From an uncultured Chroococcidiopsis sp. (GTDB lineage Bacteria; Cyanobacteriota; Cyanobacteriia; Cyanobacteriales; Chroococcidiopsidaceae), in contig CAXTYC010000019.1 of assembly GCA_964248365.1 (NCBI GenBank), forward strand, positions 1-64,000: a stretch of 64,000 nt of DNA. The letters are read 5' to 3'. Shown piece after piece: positions 41,987-50,842 of the stretch. The position numbers and the translations under genes are program-made. The first letter of the stretch is position 1; every line of letters starts with the position of its first letter. Under the pieces are notes generated by a model that worked only from the letters and a program-made list of their open reading frames with translations, did not search any database and was not told the origin of the DNA.

Positions 41987-42214
41987 TCATTTTGGTGTCT
42001 TTTGTAGATCGGGTCTCTCTTCTGGTACTATAGCCTCTTCTACTGGGCAGACTTGTAGACAAATGCCGCAGTCTATGCAAGTGGTAAAATCAATCCAGTA
42101 CCAGTCATTACCCTTAACATTTTTCCCAGGACCTGGGTGAATGCAAGCTACGGGGCAGGCATCAACGCAATCAGCAACGCCTTCGCAAATCTCGGTAACA
42201 ATTGTGTGTGGCAT
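41987..42214 (-). CDS. Bacterial-type 4Fe-4S dicluster ferredoxin
   Basis: CEGVADCVDACPVACI and CIDCGICLQVCP. Confidence 0.93.
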   Translation of the reverse strand: MPHTIVTEICEGVADCVDACPVACIHPGPGKNVKGNDWYWIDFTTCIDCGICLQVCPVEEAIVPEERPDLQKTPK

Positions 42215-42508
42215 ATTGTATCTCTTGGAATCTTTTTGACAGTAGCGTTAATGCATTTTTTCTAGTTTAGCTAAAAATACTGGGCTATTTAGGTACGCTG
42301 AAAATCTACCTATCAAATGTGTTAAAATATCCTATTTTAAATCTAATTCTTGGCTTTTTTACTGTTTACCTAACTCCACTTATGTGTATTATGAGTTGAA
42401 ATTTTCCTTGTAGGATTGAATACACATAAACCCCTTTTTTAGGTTTTATCATAAACTTTACTGTTCACTGATAACTGATAACTGATCGAAGCACTCTAAA
42501 AATGGAAA

Positions 42509-42751
42509 TTAGGAAAATTTCTGCATAACCGTTTTCTGTAGATCCGGTCTTGCTTCTGGAACAATTGCCCCTTCAGTTGGACAAACTTGTAGACAAATAC
42601 CGCAATCTATACAGGTAGAGAAGTCAATCCAGTTCCAATCATCACTACCCTTGGCGTTTTTACCTGAACCTGGATGAATGCAGGCAACAGGACAGGCAAC
42701 AATGCAATCAGCAACGCCTTCGCACATATCAGTAATAATTGTGTACGGCAT
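42509..42751 (-). CDS. Second 4Fe-4S dicluster ferredoxin (tandem paralog)
   Basis: CEGVADCIVACPVACI and CIDCGICLQVCP. Confidence 0.9.
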   Translation of the reverse strand: MPYTIITDMCEGVADCIVACPVACIHPGSGKNAKGSDDWNWIDFSTCIDCGICLQVCPTEGAIVPEARPDLQKTVMQKFS

Positions 42752-43030
42752 AGGTTGTTTTCACATTTTTGCAGGATTTAATTACTTTTCCCAGAATATA
42801 ATCTTGTTACTATGTCGCTATCTACCTACGGTGTGAGCCAAATGTTAAGTTAGTTGGTGTTAATGAGAACAAGAAGGAATTCAAAATTCCAATTAGGAAT
42901 TAAACAGCAGCTATAAATTACCTTTTGTAGGTAATTTATTCAATTGTTATTTATACCAATAAGATATCATTATTTTGTGTTTCATATTATCCATCTGGTT
43001 AATTACGAATTACGAATTATGAATAACGAA

Positions 43031-44266
43031 TTATTTCGTTAATGGTTCAATTGCTGGTAAACCTTCTGCTGTAATCCAAGCAATTTGTTGGATGCGGCGA
43101 CTACGGGCGTAGTCACGGATAGCATCGGGTTGGCGATCGCCTAAATCCATTTCCACCCGCACTAGATGATGAGAATTTCTCAATTTCTCAGCATAGGCGA
43201 AGGCTGCGGTATAAGCGCCAGCTAATGGTACAACAAGCCAGTTAATCACTGGTGTAACTTGTGGTAGCTGATTGGTAGATAACAGAACTTGTTGTAAATC
43301 TTCGATATTGAGGACAAAGCCAATACCAGGAATAGTTTGAGCTTGGGGATGATAGAGGGCAAGCAGTTGATCGTAGCGACCGCCTTGCCCTAATATACGT
43401 GGTTGATGCTCATTGCTTACGACTTCAAACACGATGCCAGTGTAGTAGTCAAAGGTTTGGAGCAAGCTAAAGTCTAGGATCAAAGGGAAATTTTTAGCAC
43501 AACCCGATACAGCTAAGGATTGATCTAGTAATTCAATCAGTGATTTGAGATGATTGAGCGCATCTTGCTGAGATTTGTCAAGATCAAAGCTAGCAACTTT
43601 TTGTAATACATCAGCAGGGTGTCCACGCAAATCGAGCATCAGCAGCGCTCTAGAGCGTAATTCATCACCAAGAGGCAGAGTTTCCAGGGTAACACGGTCA
43701 AGATGAGCGATCGCAGTTCGCACCTGGTTTTGTAAATGGGGGGGAAACGGCGATAAAAGCGATCGAGCAATTCCAGCCTCTCCTAGAATCAAACACCATT
43801 GATTCAAACCCAGTTGATTTAGACACTCGGCGAGCAACAGCAGTACCTCAGCATCAGCCAGCCAGCCACCACCACCCAGTAACTCTACCCCAGCTTGATA
43901 AAACTCCAGCTGACGATTATAACTGTCAGTGTCAGATATACGGCGAAACACATTGGCATTGTAGTAGAGACGTTGGGGGTAGGTAGCTCCCGCCATGCGG
44001 GTGACAGCTGTTCGTGCAATAGAGGCTGTCAACTCTGGACGTAGCCCTAATTCTTCCTCTTGTGCATCGTCAATTCTAATTACAGTTGAGCGCCCAATAG
44101 CTCCGCCAGCCATTAGCGTATCTAATCGTTCTAAAGTGGAAGTGATAATCTGGTGATAACCCCAGCGCTCGAACACTTGCTGTAATCGCTCTTCAACAGT
44201 GCGTTTTTGAGCCACATCCAGGGGTAATAAATCTCTTGCACCAGCAGGCGGTTGATAAACCATCAA
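43031..44266 (-). CDS. hisZ: ATP phosphoribosyltransferase regulatory subunit
   Basis: PPAGARDLLP, LRPELTASIAR, FYQAGVEL, YYTGIVF and GGRYD. Confidence 0.95.
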   Translation of the reverse strand: MMVYQPPAGARDLLPLDVAQKRTVEERLQQVFERWGYHQIITSTLERLDTLMAGGAIGRSTVIRIDDAQEEELGLRPELTASIARTAVTRMAGATYPQRLYYNANVFRRISDTDSYNRQLEFYQAGVELLGGGGWLADAEVLLLLAECLNQLGLNQWCLILGEAGIARSLLSPFPPHLQNQVRTAIAHLDRVTLETLPLGDELRSRALLMLDLRGHPADVLQKVASFDLDKSQQDALNHLKSLIELLDQSLAVSGCAKNFPLILDFSLLQTFDYYTGIVFEVVSNEHQPRILGQGGRYDQLLALYHPQAQTIPGIGFVLNIEDLQQVLLSTNQLPQVTPVINWLVVPLAGAYTAAFAYAEKLRNSHHLVRVEMDLGDRQPDAIRDYARSRRIQQIAWITAEGLPAIEPLTK

Positions 44267-44352
44267 ATGTAGAAAAGTAGGGAGTAGGGAGTAGTGAATA
44301 CTTAATACTTCCCACTAAAGTACAACAAAAGTGATTAATTTAAAGAGTCTAT

Positions 44353-45360
44353 TTATTTTTTATTCCCACCAAATAAACCACCAAACAAACCGCCACTCTT
44401 AGGCACAGATGATTGTTGACTTGTAGTAGTCTTAGTTGAAGTGGTTGACACACCAGCAGATGTTTGAGTTGACTTGTCTAATTGCTGTTTAATTTTTGTG
44501 GCGATCGCATCAGTAGGATCTAATTGCAGAGCTTTATTAATATGCACCTTAGCCATAGTGGTCTGATTTTGTTTTAAATAAACTACTCCAATTAAACTAT
44601 GACAGCGACCGTTGTTTGGTTCAAGTTTCAGAGCATCTTGTAACTCTACCCTAGCCCCAGCATAATTGTTTTTCTCAATCAAAGCTTGGGCGCGACGAAG
44701 ATATGGCTGGGCTGCTGACTCTGGTTCTGGTTGGGAGGGTGGTGGCTGTTGGTTGCCCTTATCTGAAGTTTGGACAGCGGTTGACGGAGGTGATGAAACT
44801 TGTAACCCACTAGCCCCCTTATGCATCAAGTAAACCACATTCAACTCGCTGATTTGGGCAATTAGTGGTAGCACTTGCTCTAGAGATTGGTATTGTCTTA
44901 GAGCCAGAGAGTTAATTGAAGTTCTGTAGGCATGATCGATATTCTTGCTTTGTTTTAGCTGCTGTGCCAGTTCACTTTTGAGTTGAATCGAAGCGGATTG
45001 CCCACTCAAGCGCTTACTCATCTCCCTTAGCAATACCATATATTCGGCACGACTGCGCTCAAGCGAGAATTTTTCGTAAGCTGGGTTAACAAGCTTGGAC
45101 AACAGCACACTTGCCTGTTGTTTATCAGCAGCACTTGCAGCCTTACAGGTATCAGGATGTAGACAACGGGCAATTTGCAGATAGCGTTTGCGTATTTCCT
45201 TAAAATCTGCATCGAGGGGAACACCTAAAACGGCATGGTGATCGATAAAATCAAATAGGAACAATCCACTATCAATGTTAAAAAACATAAAACCCTGACC
45301 CAGCTGCTTTTGACTTTTGTTGTTTGAGGGAATCACTACCAATTGAACTAGTAACCCCAA
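44353..45360 (-). CDS. J-domain/TPR protein (start probably ~45288, MFFNID)
   Basis: J-domain LHPD motif and C-terminal TPR repeats. Confidence 0.85.
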   Translation of the reverse strand: MGLLVQLVVIPSNNKSQKQLGQGFMFFNIDSGLFLFDFIDHHAVLGVPLDADFKEIRKRYLQIARCLHPDTCKAASAADKQQASVLLSKLVNPAYEKFSLERSRAEYMVLLREMSKRLSGQSASIQLKSELAQQLKQSKNIDHAYRTSINSLALRQYQSLEQVLPLIAQISELNVVYLMHKGASGLQVSSPPSTAVQTSDKGNQQPPPSQPEPESAAQPYLRRAQALIEKNNYAGARVELQDALKLEPNNGRCHSLIGVVYLKQNQTTMAKVHINKALQLDPTDAIATKIKQQLDKSTQTSAGVSTTSTKTTTSQQSSVPKSGGLFGGLFGGNKK

Positions 45361-45396
45361 TGGTTATTATTCCCAACAGCTGCTCAGGGATTATAA

Positions 45397-46218
45397 TTAC
45401 CCCAAGTCCGATAGTGGAACTTGCATTAGCTCATGACTGAGGCTGGCATGAATGTGACCATTTGTAGCCAAGATTCTGCCCGAATCAATGCATAAAGGAC
45501 TGCCATCGTAGGCTGTTACCTTGCCTCCGGCTGCTTCTAACAGTACTATGCCGGATGTAATATCCCAAGGGGCAATTCCCCGTTCCCAATAGCCATCTAC
45601 ACGCCCACAAGCAACATGAGCTAAATCTAGGGCGGCGGAACCACTACGCCGCACTCCCTGTGTTAGGTGGGTGAGGTGACAAAATTCGGCATAGTTATTG
45701 TCAGATGTTTCGCGGCGATCGTAGGCAAAGCCTGTAACTAAAAGACTTTTACCCAACTCGGACGTAGTGGAAACTTGAATTTGTTGGCGGTTACAGGTAG
45801 CAGGCGATCCTTTGGCAGCACGAAATAGTTCATTGTGGAAAGGGTCATAAATCACTCCCACTTGGGGTACAGTGGCAATTTGTAACCCAATCGAAACAGC
45901 AAAAAACGGGTACTGGTGAGCATAATTTGTAGTACCATCCAATGGATCGATCACCCAGCAAAACTCACTGTCTGTATTACCGAGTTTGCCTGATTCTTCA
46001 GATAGGATGGCATGACTGGGAAAGTGTCGCTGTAAAACTTCCAAAACTACAGCCTCAGACGCTTTATCAGCAACAGTAACTAAATCTCCAGAACGTCCTT
46101 TTTCTTGAATTGCGTCTAACTTACCCCAATAACTTTGTAAAATCGCACCACTCGCCAGCGCCGCCTCGGTAGCAATATCCAAAAAAATTTGTAGCTGTTG
46201 GGATGAAGTGGGTAGCAT
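45397..46218 (-). CDS. suhB: Inositol monophosphatase family protein
   Basis: WVIDPLDGTTNY, RSGSAALDL and PWDI. Confidence 0.88.
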   Translation of the reverse strand: MLPTSSQQLQIFLDIATEAALASGAILQSYWGKLDAIQEKGRSGDLVTVADKASEAVVLEVLQRHFPSHAILSEESGKLGNTDSEFCWVIDPLDGTTNYAHQYPFFAVSIGLQIATVPQVGVIYDPFHNELFRAAKGSPATCNRQQIQVSTTSELGKSLLVTGFAYDRRETSDNNYAEFCHLTHLTQGVRRSGSAALDLAHVACGRVDGYWERGIAPWDITSGIVLLEAAGGKVTAYDGSPLCIDSGRILATNGHIHASLSHELMQVPLSDLG

Positions 46219-46422
46219 TTTAATTCATAATTGGTAGTTGGTAGGGGCGTTCTTTAAACCAAGTAGGGGCGCACTTTAAATGAGTTATCTTGCGCCTCAC
46301 AAGTATGTCTGATAAACCCGCCCGTACTGAAGGTTCACAAGTATGTCTGATAAACCCGCGCGTACGGTAGTTGGTGAAAGGGTAAAGGCGGGCATGGTAA
46401 AGGCGGGCATGGTAAAGGCAAT

Positions 46423-47067
46423 TCATAATTTCTCCCCCAGCCTCCCCTGCTCTCTTCTAGCCTCTAATTTACGAAACTCAGCTGGAGTTAGACGCATAGG
46501 TTTATCCCAATTCCAAATCCCCTGCCCCATAAGTTTAGCCCATGCTTGGGCATTCTCAAGTCGCTGGTCGTATTTATGATTAGGCGATCGCGCTACCCAC
46601 AGCACGTATCCCTCTTTCACCAGTTGTTCATTCAACAACACACCATTTTGCCATACATAAGCCAGATGTCGCCCAAAAGCATCTTTCTGTTGTCTGTCAT
46701 ACTCTAGCAAAACAGGAGTACCATTAATCATCGCCTCCAGCCGCTGTTTGGCGGCAAATCCCCAAGGCTGTTGCTGCAAATCAGGTGCATCAATTCCCAC
46801 TAGCCGCACCTTTAAGGAGGAGTGAGGGAAGCTTGAAGTCAGCTTCGTCGAGCCAGCTATGTCTTCCACTTCCAAAGTTTGCCCACTTAACACACGGGCA
46901 ACTCTGACCTGCATTCCTTGAGGTATAGTTTTAGATTGACATCCTTGTATCCAAAAGGAAAGCATCAGGATTAGCAAAAGCAGCACGAATAGAGACAAAG
47001 ATTTTCTAGTTCTTTTCTCTTGCGTCGATCCTCTTGCCCTTTGCCTCTTGCCTGCCCTATTCTTCAT
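46423..47067 (-). CDS. Thermonuclease (SNase) family protein, probable lipoprotein
   Basis: VRLVGIDAPD, DAFGRHLAYVW and NEQLVKEG; IQGC lipobox-like. Confidence 0.87.
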   Translation of the reverse strand: MKNRAGKRQRARGSTQEKRTRKSLSLFVLLLLILMLSFWIQGCQSKTIPQGMQVRVARVLSGQTLEVEDIAGSTKLTSSFPHSSLKVRLVGIDAPDLQQQPWGFAAKQRLEAMINGTPVLLEYDRQQKDAFGRHLAYVWQNGVLLNEQLVKEGYVLWVARSPNHKYDQRLENAQAWAKLMGQGIWNWDKPMRLTPAEFRKLEARREQGRLGEKL

Positions 47068-47425
47068 CTAAAGGCAAACCCACGCTAACTTTACCCTTAC
47101 CAAAGTAGCGACCAAACTGAAGTTCATAGACTTCATCTTCGTCTTGGGTTTCTACCTTCAGATTGGAACGGGGATAACTCACACATAATAGAGCATAGCC
47201 TTGCCGACGTAACTCTAACGACAATCCCATTGCTTCTGGCTGATAGATTTCTCCGCTCAGTACCCGTACAGCACAGGTAGTACAAGCACCATTCCTACAA
47301 GAAAAGGGTAGTTCTACGCCTTGGTTTTCTGCACTAGTAAGAATGTAACGGTCTGAAGGTACTTGTATAGTATGGGTTTTACCCCTTTTGCGATCCCAAA
47401 TCTCGATAGTGTAATCACAAGTCAT
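47057..47425 (-). CDS. 2Fe-2S plant-type ferredoxin (Fed2/FdC2-like)
   Basis: LPFSCRNGACTTC, LLCVSYP and C-terminal EDEVYELQFGRYF. Confidence 0.92.
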   Translation of the reverse strand: MTCDYTIEIWDRKRGKTHTIQVPSDRYILTSAENQGVELPFSCRNGACTTCAVRVLSGEIYQPEAMGLSLELRRQGYALLCVSYPRSNLKVETQDEDEVYELQFGRYFGKGKVSVGLPLDEE

Positions 47426-47503
47426 GAGTTTTTTAAGGTTTTAAATTAAATTTCAAATTCCCATCTGAATGATTCTATTGTATAATCGTAGATCGTGACA
47501 CCT

Positions 47504-47588
47504 GGAGAGGTGGCCGAGTGGTTGAAGGCGCAGCACTGGAAATGCTGTTTAGGGAAACCTAACGTGGGTTCGAATCCCACCCTCTCCG
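47504..47588 (+). tRNA. tRNA-Ser(GGA)
   Basis: Acceptor GGAGAGG/CCTCTCC, anticodon arm CAGCA-CTGGAAA-TGCTG, long variable arm and T-loop GTTCGAATC. Confidence 0.96.
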
Positions 47589-47931
47589 TTGAATCAGTTA
47601 TCAGTTATCAGGCGCGCAGTTATCAGTTATTTTCTAGTTTTTGCGTTGGAAGTGAGAGTTATCCACTTGTCCTATAAATTGGTTGATTTCAATTAGGTTT
47701 AAATATCCATCTGACACTTTTGGTAACTGGTAACTGATATCTGTTAACTGACAAAAGGCATCTAAATAATTTATCGTAGGTAATTCATCAGTATTTTTAC
47801 GTGAAATCTTCATTCTTTTAGGAAATTTAATGAAGATTGTATAAACACCTATAGGAATGGTTAGACAACTACCTAGCTGTTCTTGTATGTTTTTATACAT
47901 ACAGTCAACATTATTAGAATCAATAACTACT

Positions 47932-48936
47932 ATGGATGTTCAAGAAATTAAAAGTGCAGTTAGAATTCATGAATATATTGGACAATTAGAAAGATTAACT
48001 AAATTATCACTTAAAGACTCTCCAATAATCTTAGGTTCTCCCACTAGAAAAATTGTATATGATATACCTATTTCAAGCAAACCTTGCTCGGAGTATGTAG
48101 AACAGCTATATGAAGATATTAGTGAGCATGATTTATTGCTTCAAGCATTAAGAACAGGCTGGCATTATATAAATTCAAACCAAAATATCATTCCAACTAC
48201 TAAAGAAAAATATTTTCAGCAATTGAATTCATCTCAGGCTTTTACAAAAGCCAAACAATTGGGCTACCAACTGCCAGCAAATTGTTTAAAAGCAAAACAA
48301 TTCTGTTATGGACAGTATGAAGCTTATTCTGCTATTCATGAACTCTTGCAGGGCAGAGCTCTGGGAGTTTGGTCGTCCAACTGTAAGAGCAATTTTATGC
48401 ATAGCTATGCCGAATTTTACAAAACAGTTAAACTAATAACTTCTCAATTTATAGTTCCTAGCTCAGGTTATCAATTTTCCATTCCTTATATTTTTGACCA
48501 GTTATGGGTAATTTCTCATGGAATAAATCAAGTGAGATTGCTAGGATTAGAGGTAGCAGGTGAACAGCATTTCCTTAACGGAGGACAAAGTAAAACTTTA
48601 GGTAATGAAAGATATTTAGAAGAATTAGGTTATGAAACGTATCATGTAGCAAGTTGGTGGTGCAGGGTAGATCCTTATCGTGTCATCAGCGAATTTTTAA
48701 CTGAATCGGGTATTTTTCCCCAAGCAAGCGATTATTTAATCGGGGCAGAACTAGATAGTATTGATAAATATGTGTGTGGAATTTGTCATGCACCTATGGT
48801 AAGATTGGGTTGGGATTGGATACAAAAATGTCAGATGGGCGGTGAGACAATATTCGCTCATAAACACTGTGTCAGTCGTAAAATGACTGAGGCAAATCAG
48901 ATTAGAGGAATAGCCTTGCGATCGCAAAGATGCTAG
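47932..48936 (+). CDS. Hypothetical protein with possible DUF559/Vsr-like nuclease fold and C-terminal Cys/His motif
   Basis: AT-rich ORF (track start 47857). LEVAGEQH...ERYLEELGYETYHV resembles the ExDGxxH...L...G pattern; CGIC...HKHC near the C-terminus. Confidence 0.55.
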   Translation: MDVQEIKSAVRIHEYIGQLERLTKLSLKDSPIILGSPTRKIVYDIPISSKPCSEYVEQLYEDISEHDLLLQALRTGWHYINSNQNIIPTTKEKYFQQLNSSQAFTKAKQLGYQLPANCLKAKQFCYGQYEAYSAIHELLQGRALGVWSSNCKSNFMHSYAEFYKTVKLITSQFIVPSSGYQFSIPYIFDQLWVISHGINQVRLLGLEVAGEQHFLNGGQSKTLGNERYLEELGYETYHVASWWCRVDPYRVISEFLTESGIFPQASDYLIGAELDSIDKYVCGICHAPMVRLGWDWIQKCQMGGETIFAHKHCVSRKMTEANQIRGIALRSQRC

Positions 48937-50224
48937 CACTTAGCACAGCACTGATGGGAACTGTAATTAGCCATGCCCCTGCGATTCCTTGCAAAGTTTT
49001 AAATTGAATTGATTTTATATTTTGAACTAAACCAATTCCAACTACACCACCTACAAGGGCGTGGGATGTGGAGACAGGTAAACCGAGTCTGGAAGCAAGC
49101 AAAATTGTAGTAGCAGTTGCTAATTCAGCGCAGAAACCGCCACTTGGTTGCAGGGGAATAATCCCAGATCCAATTGTAGCAATAACTTTTTTGCCCCACA
49201 TGGCTAAACCTGTGACGATGCCAGCGCCCCCAAGTACTAAAATCCACAAAGGAATGGTAATGCCATTTAAGGGAACGTCGCCTGTGCGACTAATGTACAC
49301 AATCGCCGCTAAGGGAGCGATCGCATTTCCCACATCATTAGAACCATGAGCAAAAGCGACAAAGCAAGCACTCAGTAGTTGGTATCGTGCCATGATTTGC
49401 TCTACGAGTGAATGAGGGGCTAGGGGCTGGGGGCTAGGGGCTAGAGGATTTTGGATTTTGGATTTTGGATTTTGGATTATATCTCCTCTGCCCCCCTGCC
49501 CCTTTGCCCCTCTGCCTTCCAACTGTCTCCAGCTAGTAAGAGTGAGCGCAACGGCGGCGATCGCCCCTAAGATTAACGGTACATCGTGGGCTGGAAGATG
49601 AAAGCCCCAACGTTCTGCTAATAAAGCATATATTGGCTGACTTACAAAAGGCAGCACAATTACACCAAACACACTTATCAGTGCTGTACTTAACCAAGGA
49701 ATCCACTGGGCAAGTTGCCCCAGTGGATTTTGCTCTTCTAAAATCCAACGCTTTACCAAACTGTATAATAAAGCCGAAATTATACCACTTACTACTGGTG
49801 TAATGATCCAGGCAAAAGTTATTTTACTAATCGATGACCAGTCAATTGCCTCGAAACCAATAGCCTCCGCACCAATACCAGCGATCGCACCTACAACAGC
49901 ATGAGATGAGGATACTGGCAACCCCCTAAATGTAGCAATTTGTAACCACACTCCCCCAGCCAACAGCACACAAACCATACCAACTAACAATAGCTGGGGG
50001 GTGGTTGCGAATAAAGCCGGATTCACAATTTCTGTTGCCAGCGTTTGGGAAACCTCTTGCCCAAACAGCACAGCGCCTGTAAATTCTAATATTCCTGCAA
50101 TAATCAGCGCTTGCCGCAGGGTGAGTGCCTTAGAACCTACTGACGTTCCCATTGCATTAGCAACGTCGTTTGCCCCTAAATTCCAGGCTACATAGAACGA
50201 TAAAAGGGCTACTAGAAATATCAT
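48902..50224 (-). CDS. PiT-family inorganic phosphate transporter
   Basis: GANDVANAMGTSVGS, HGSNDVGNA and LPVSTSH; in-frame tandem-repeat insert in the central loop. Confidence 0.93.
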   Translation of the reverse strand: MIFLVALLSFYVAWNLGANDVANAMGTSVGSKALTLRQALIIAGILEFTGAVLFGQEVSQTLATEIVNPALFATTPQLLLVGMVCVLLAGGVWLQIATFRGLPVSSSHAVVGAIAGIGAEAIGFEAIDWSSISKITFAWIITPVVSGIISALLYSLVKRWILEEQNPLGQLAQWIPWLSTALISVFGVIVLPFVSQPIYALLAERWGFHLPAHDVPLILGAIAAVALTLTSWRQLEGRGAKGQGGRGDIIQNPKSKIQNPLAPSPQPLAPHSLVEQIMARYQLLSACFVAFAHGSNDVGNAIAPLAAIVYISRTGDVPLNGITIPLWILVLGGAGIVTGLAMWGKKVIATIGSGIIPLQPSGGFCAELATATTILLASRLGLPVSTSHALVGGVVGIGLVQNIKSIQFKTLQGIAGAWLITVPISAVLSASIFAIARLFL

Positions 50225-50350
50225 TCAGGGAGTAGGGAGTAGGGGGGACAAGGGGACAAGGGGACAAGGGTACAAGGGGAGAATTGTTAATTACGAATTA
50301 CGAATTACGAATTATCATGACTTGTTCTAATCTATCTACTGGCTGCTATA

Positions 50351-50519
50351 AATTTTAAGTTTTATCAAATTTATCAGAAATTCTTATGCTTACCATTGAA
50401 TATCTTAATTTAAGATTTATAAACAATCTTAGGAGTTTTTGTCCTCACGACTGTACGTAAAGCCACTTAAATTTTAAGTTTTATAAAAAATTTCGGGAAT
50501 TTCTGTACTGACGATTGAA
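50351..50519. repeat. Three imperfect ~50-bp direct repeats upstream of the exporter operon
   Basis: Units start AATTT(T)AAG(T/A)TTTAT at 50351, 50407 and 50470 and end in ACCATTGAA, ACGACTGTA and ACGATTGAA respectively. Confidence 0.6.
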
Positions 50520-50724
50520 GAAATCTTTATTAAGCGCAAGTAAATCGAGGTAAAGCTTTGATGAAGACATTTGTAATATCTTGACAACGACTAGGGTAAT
50601 TGATTATTCGGTAAATTCTATGAGGGTTCTATACTCACTAATAAGTTGGAAAACAACTTGCTTTTTTAAAAAAACCTCCCGATTCGGAGAGAAAAAGGTC
50701 TTGGGAAACATTGGGTTTTTCCCA

Positions 50725-50753
50725 TTATCTGTAGTAAATCTGATTACAGATAA
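50725..50753. promoter_or_regulatory. Inverted repeat TTATCTGTA-N11-TACAGATAA with nested GTA-N8-TAC (NtcA-like) core; candidate operator
   Basis: Perfect 9-bp arms; TAGAAT (-10-like) at 50775; ~90 bp upstream of the exporter ATG. Confidence 0.5.
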
Positions 50754-50842
50754 ATAATTGGCTTGGCTTAAAGCTAGAATAGCCTTTTGTTAAAGAAAAT
50801 TAAATCTGAAAATTTAGTAAAGTAATTTTGAGAGGCTGAGCA

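Noticed and set aside
47495..47677. 60-aa ORF
   Set aside because: Overlaps tRNA-Ser.
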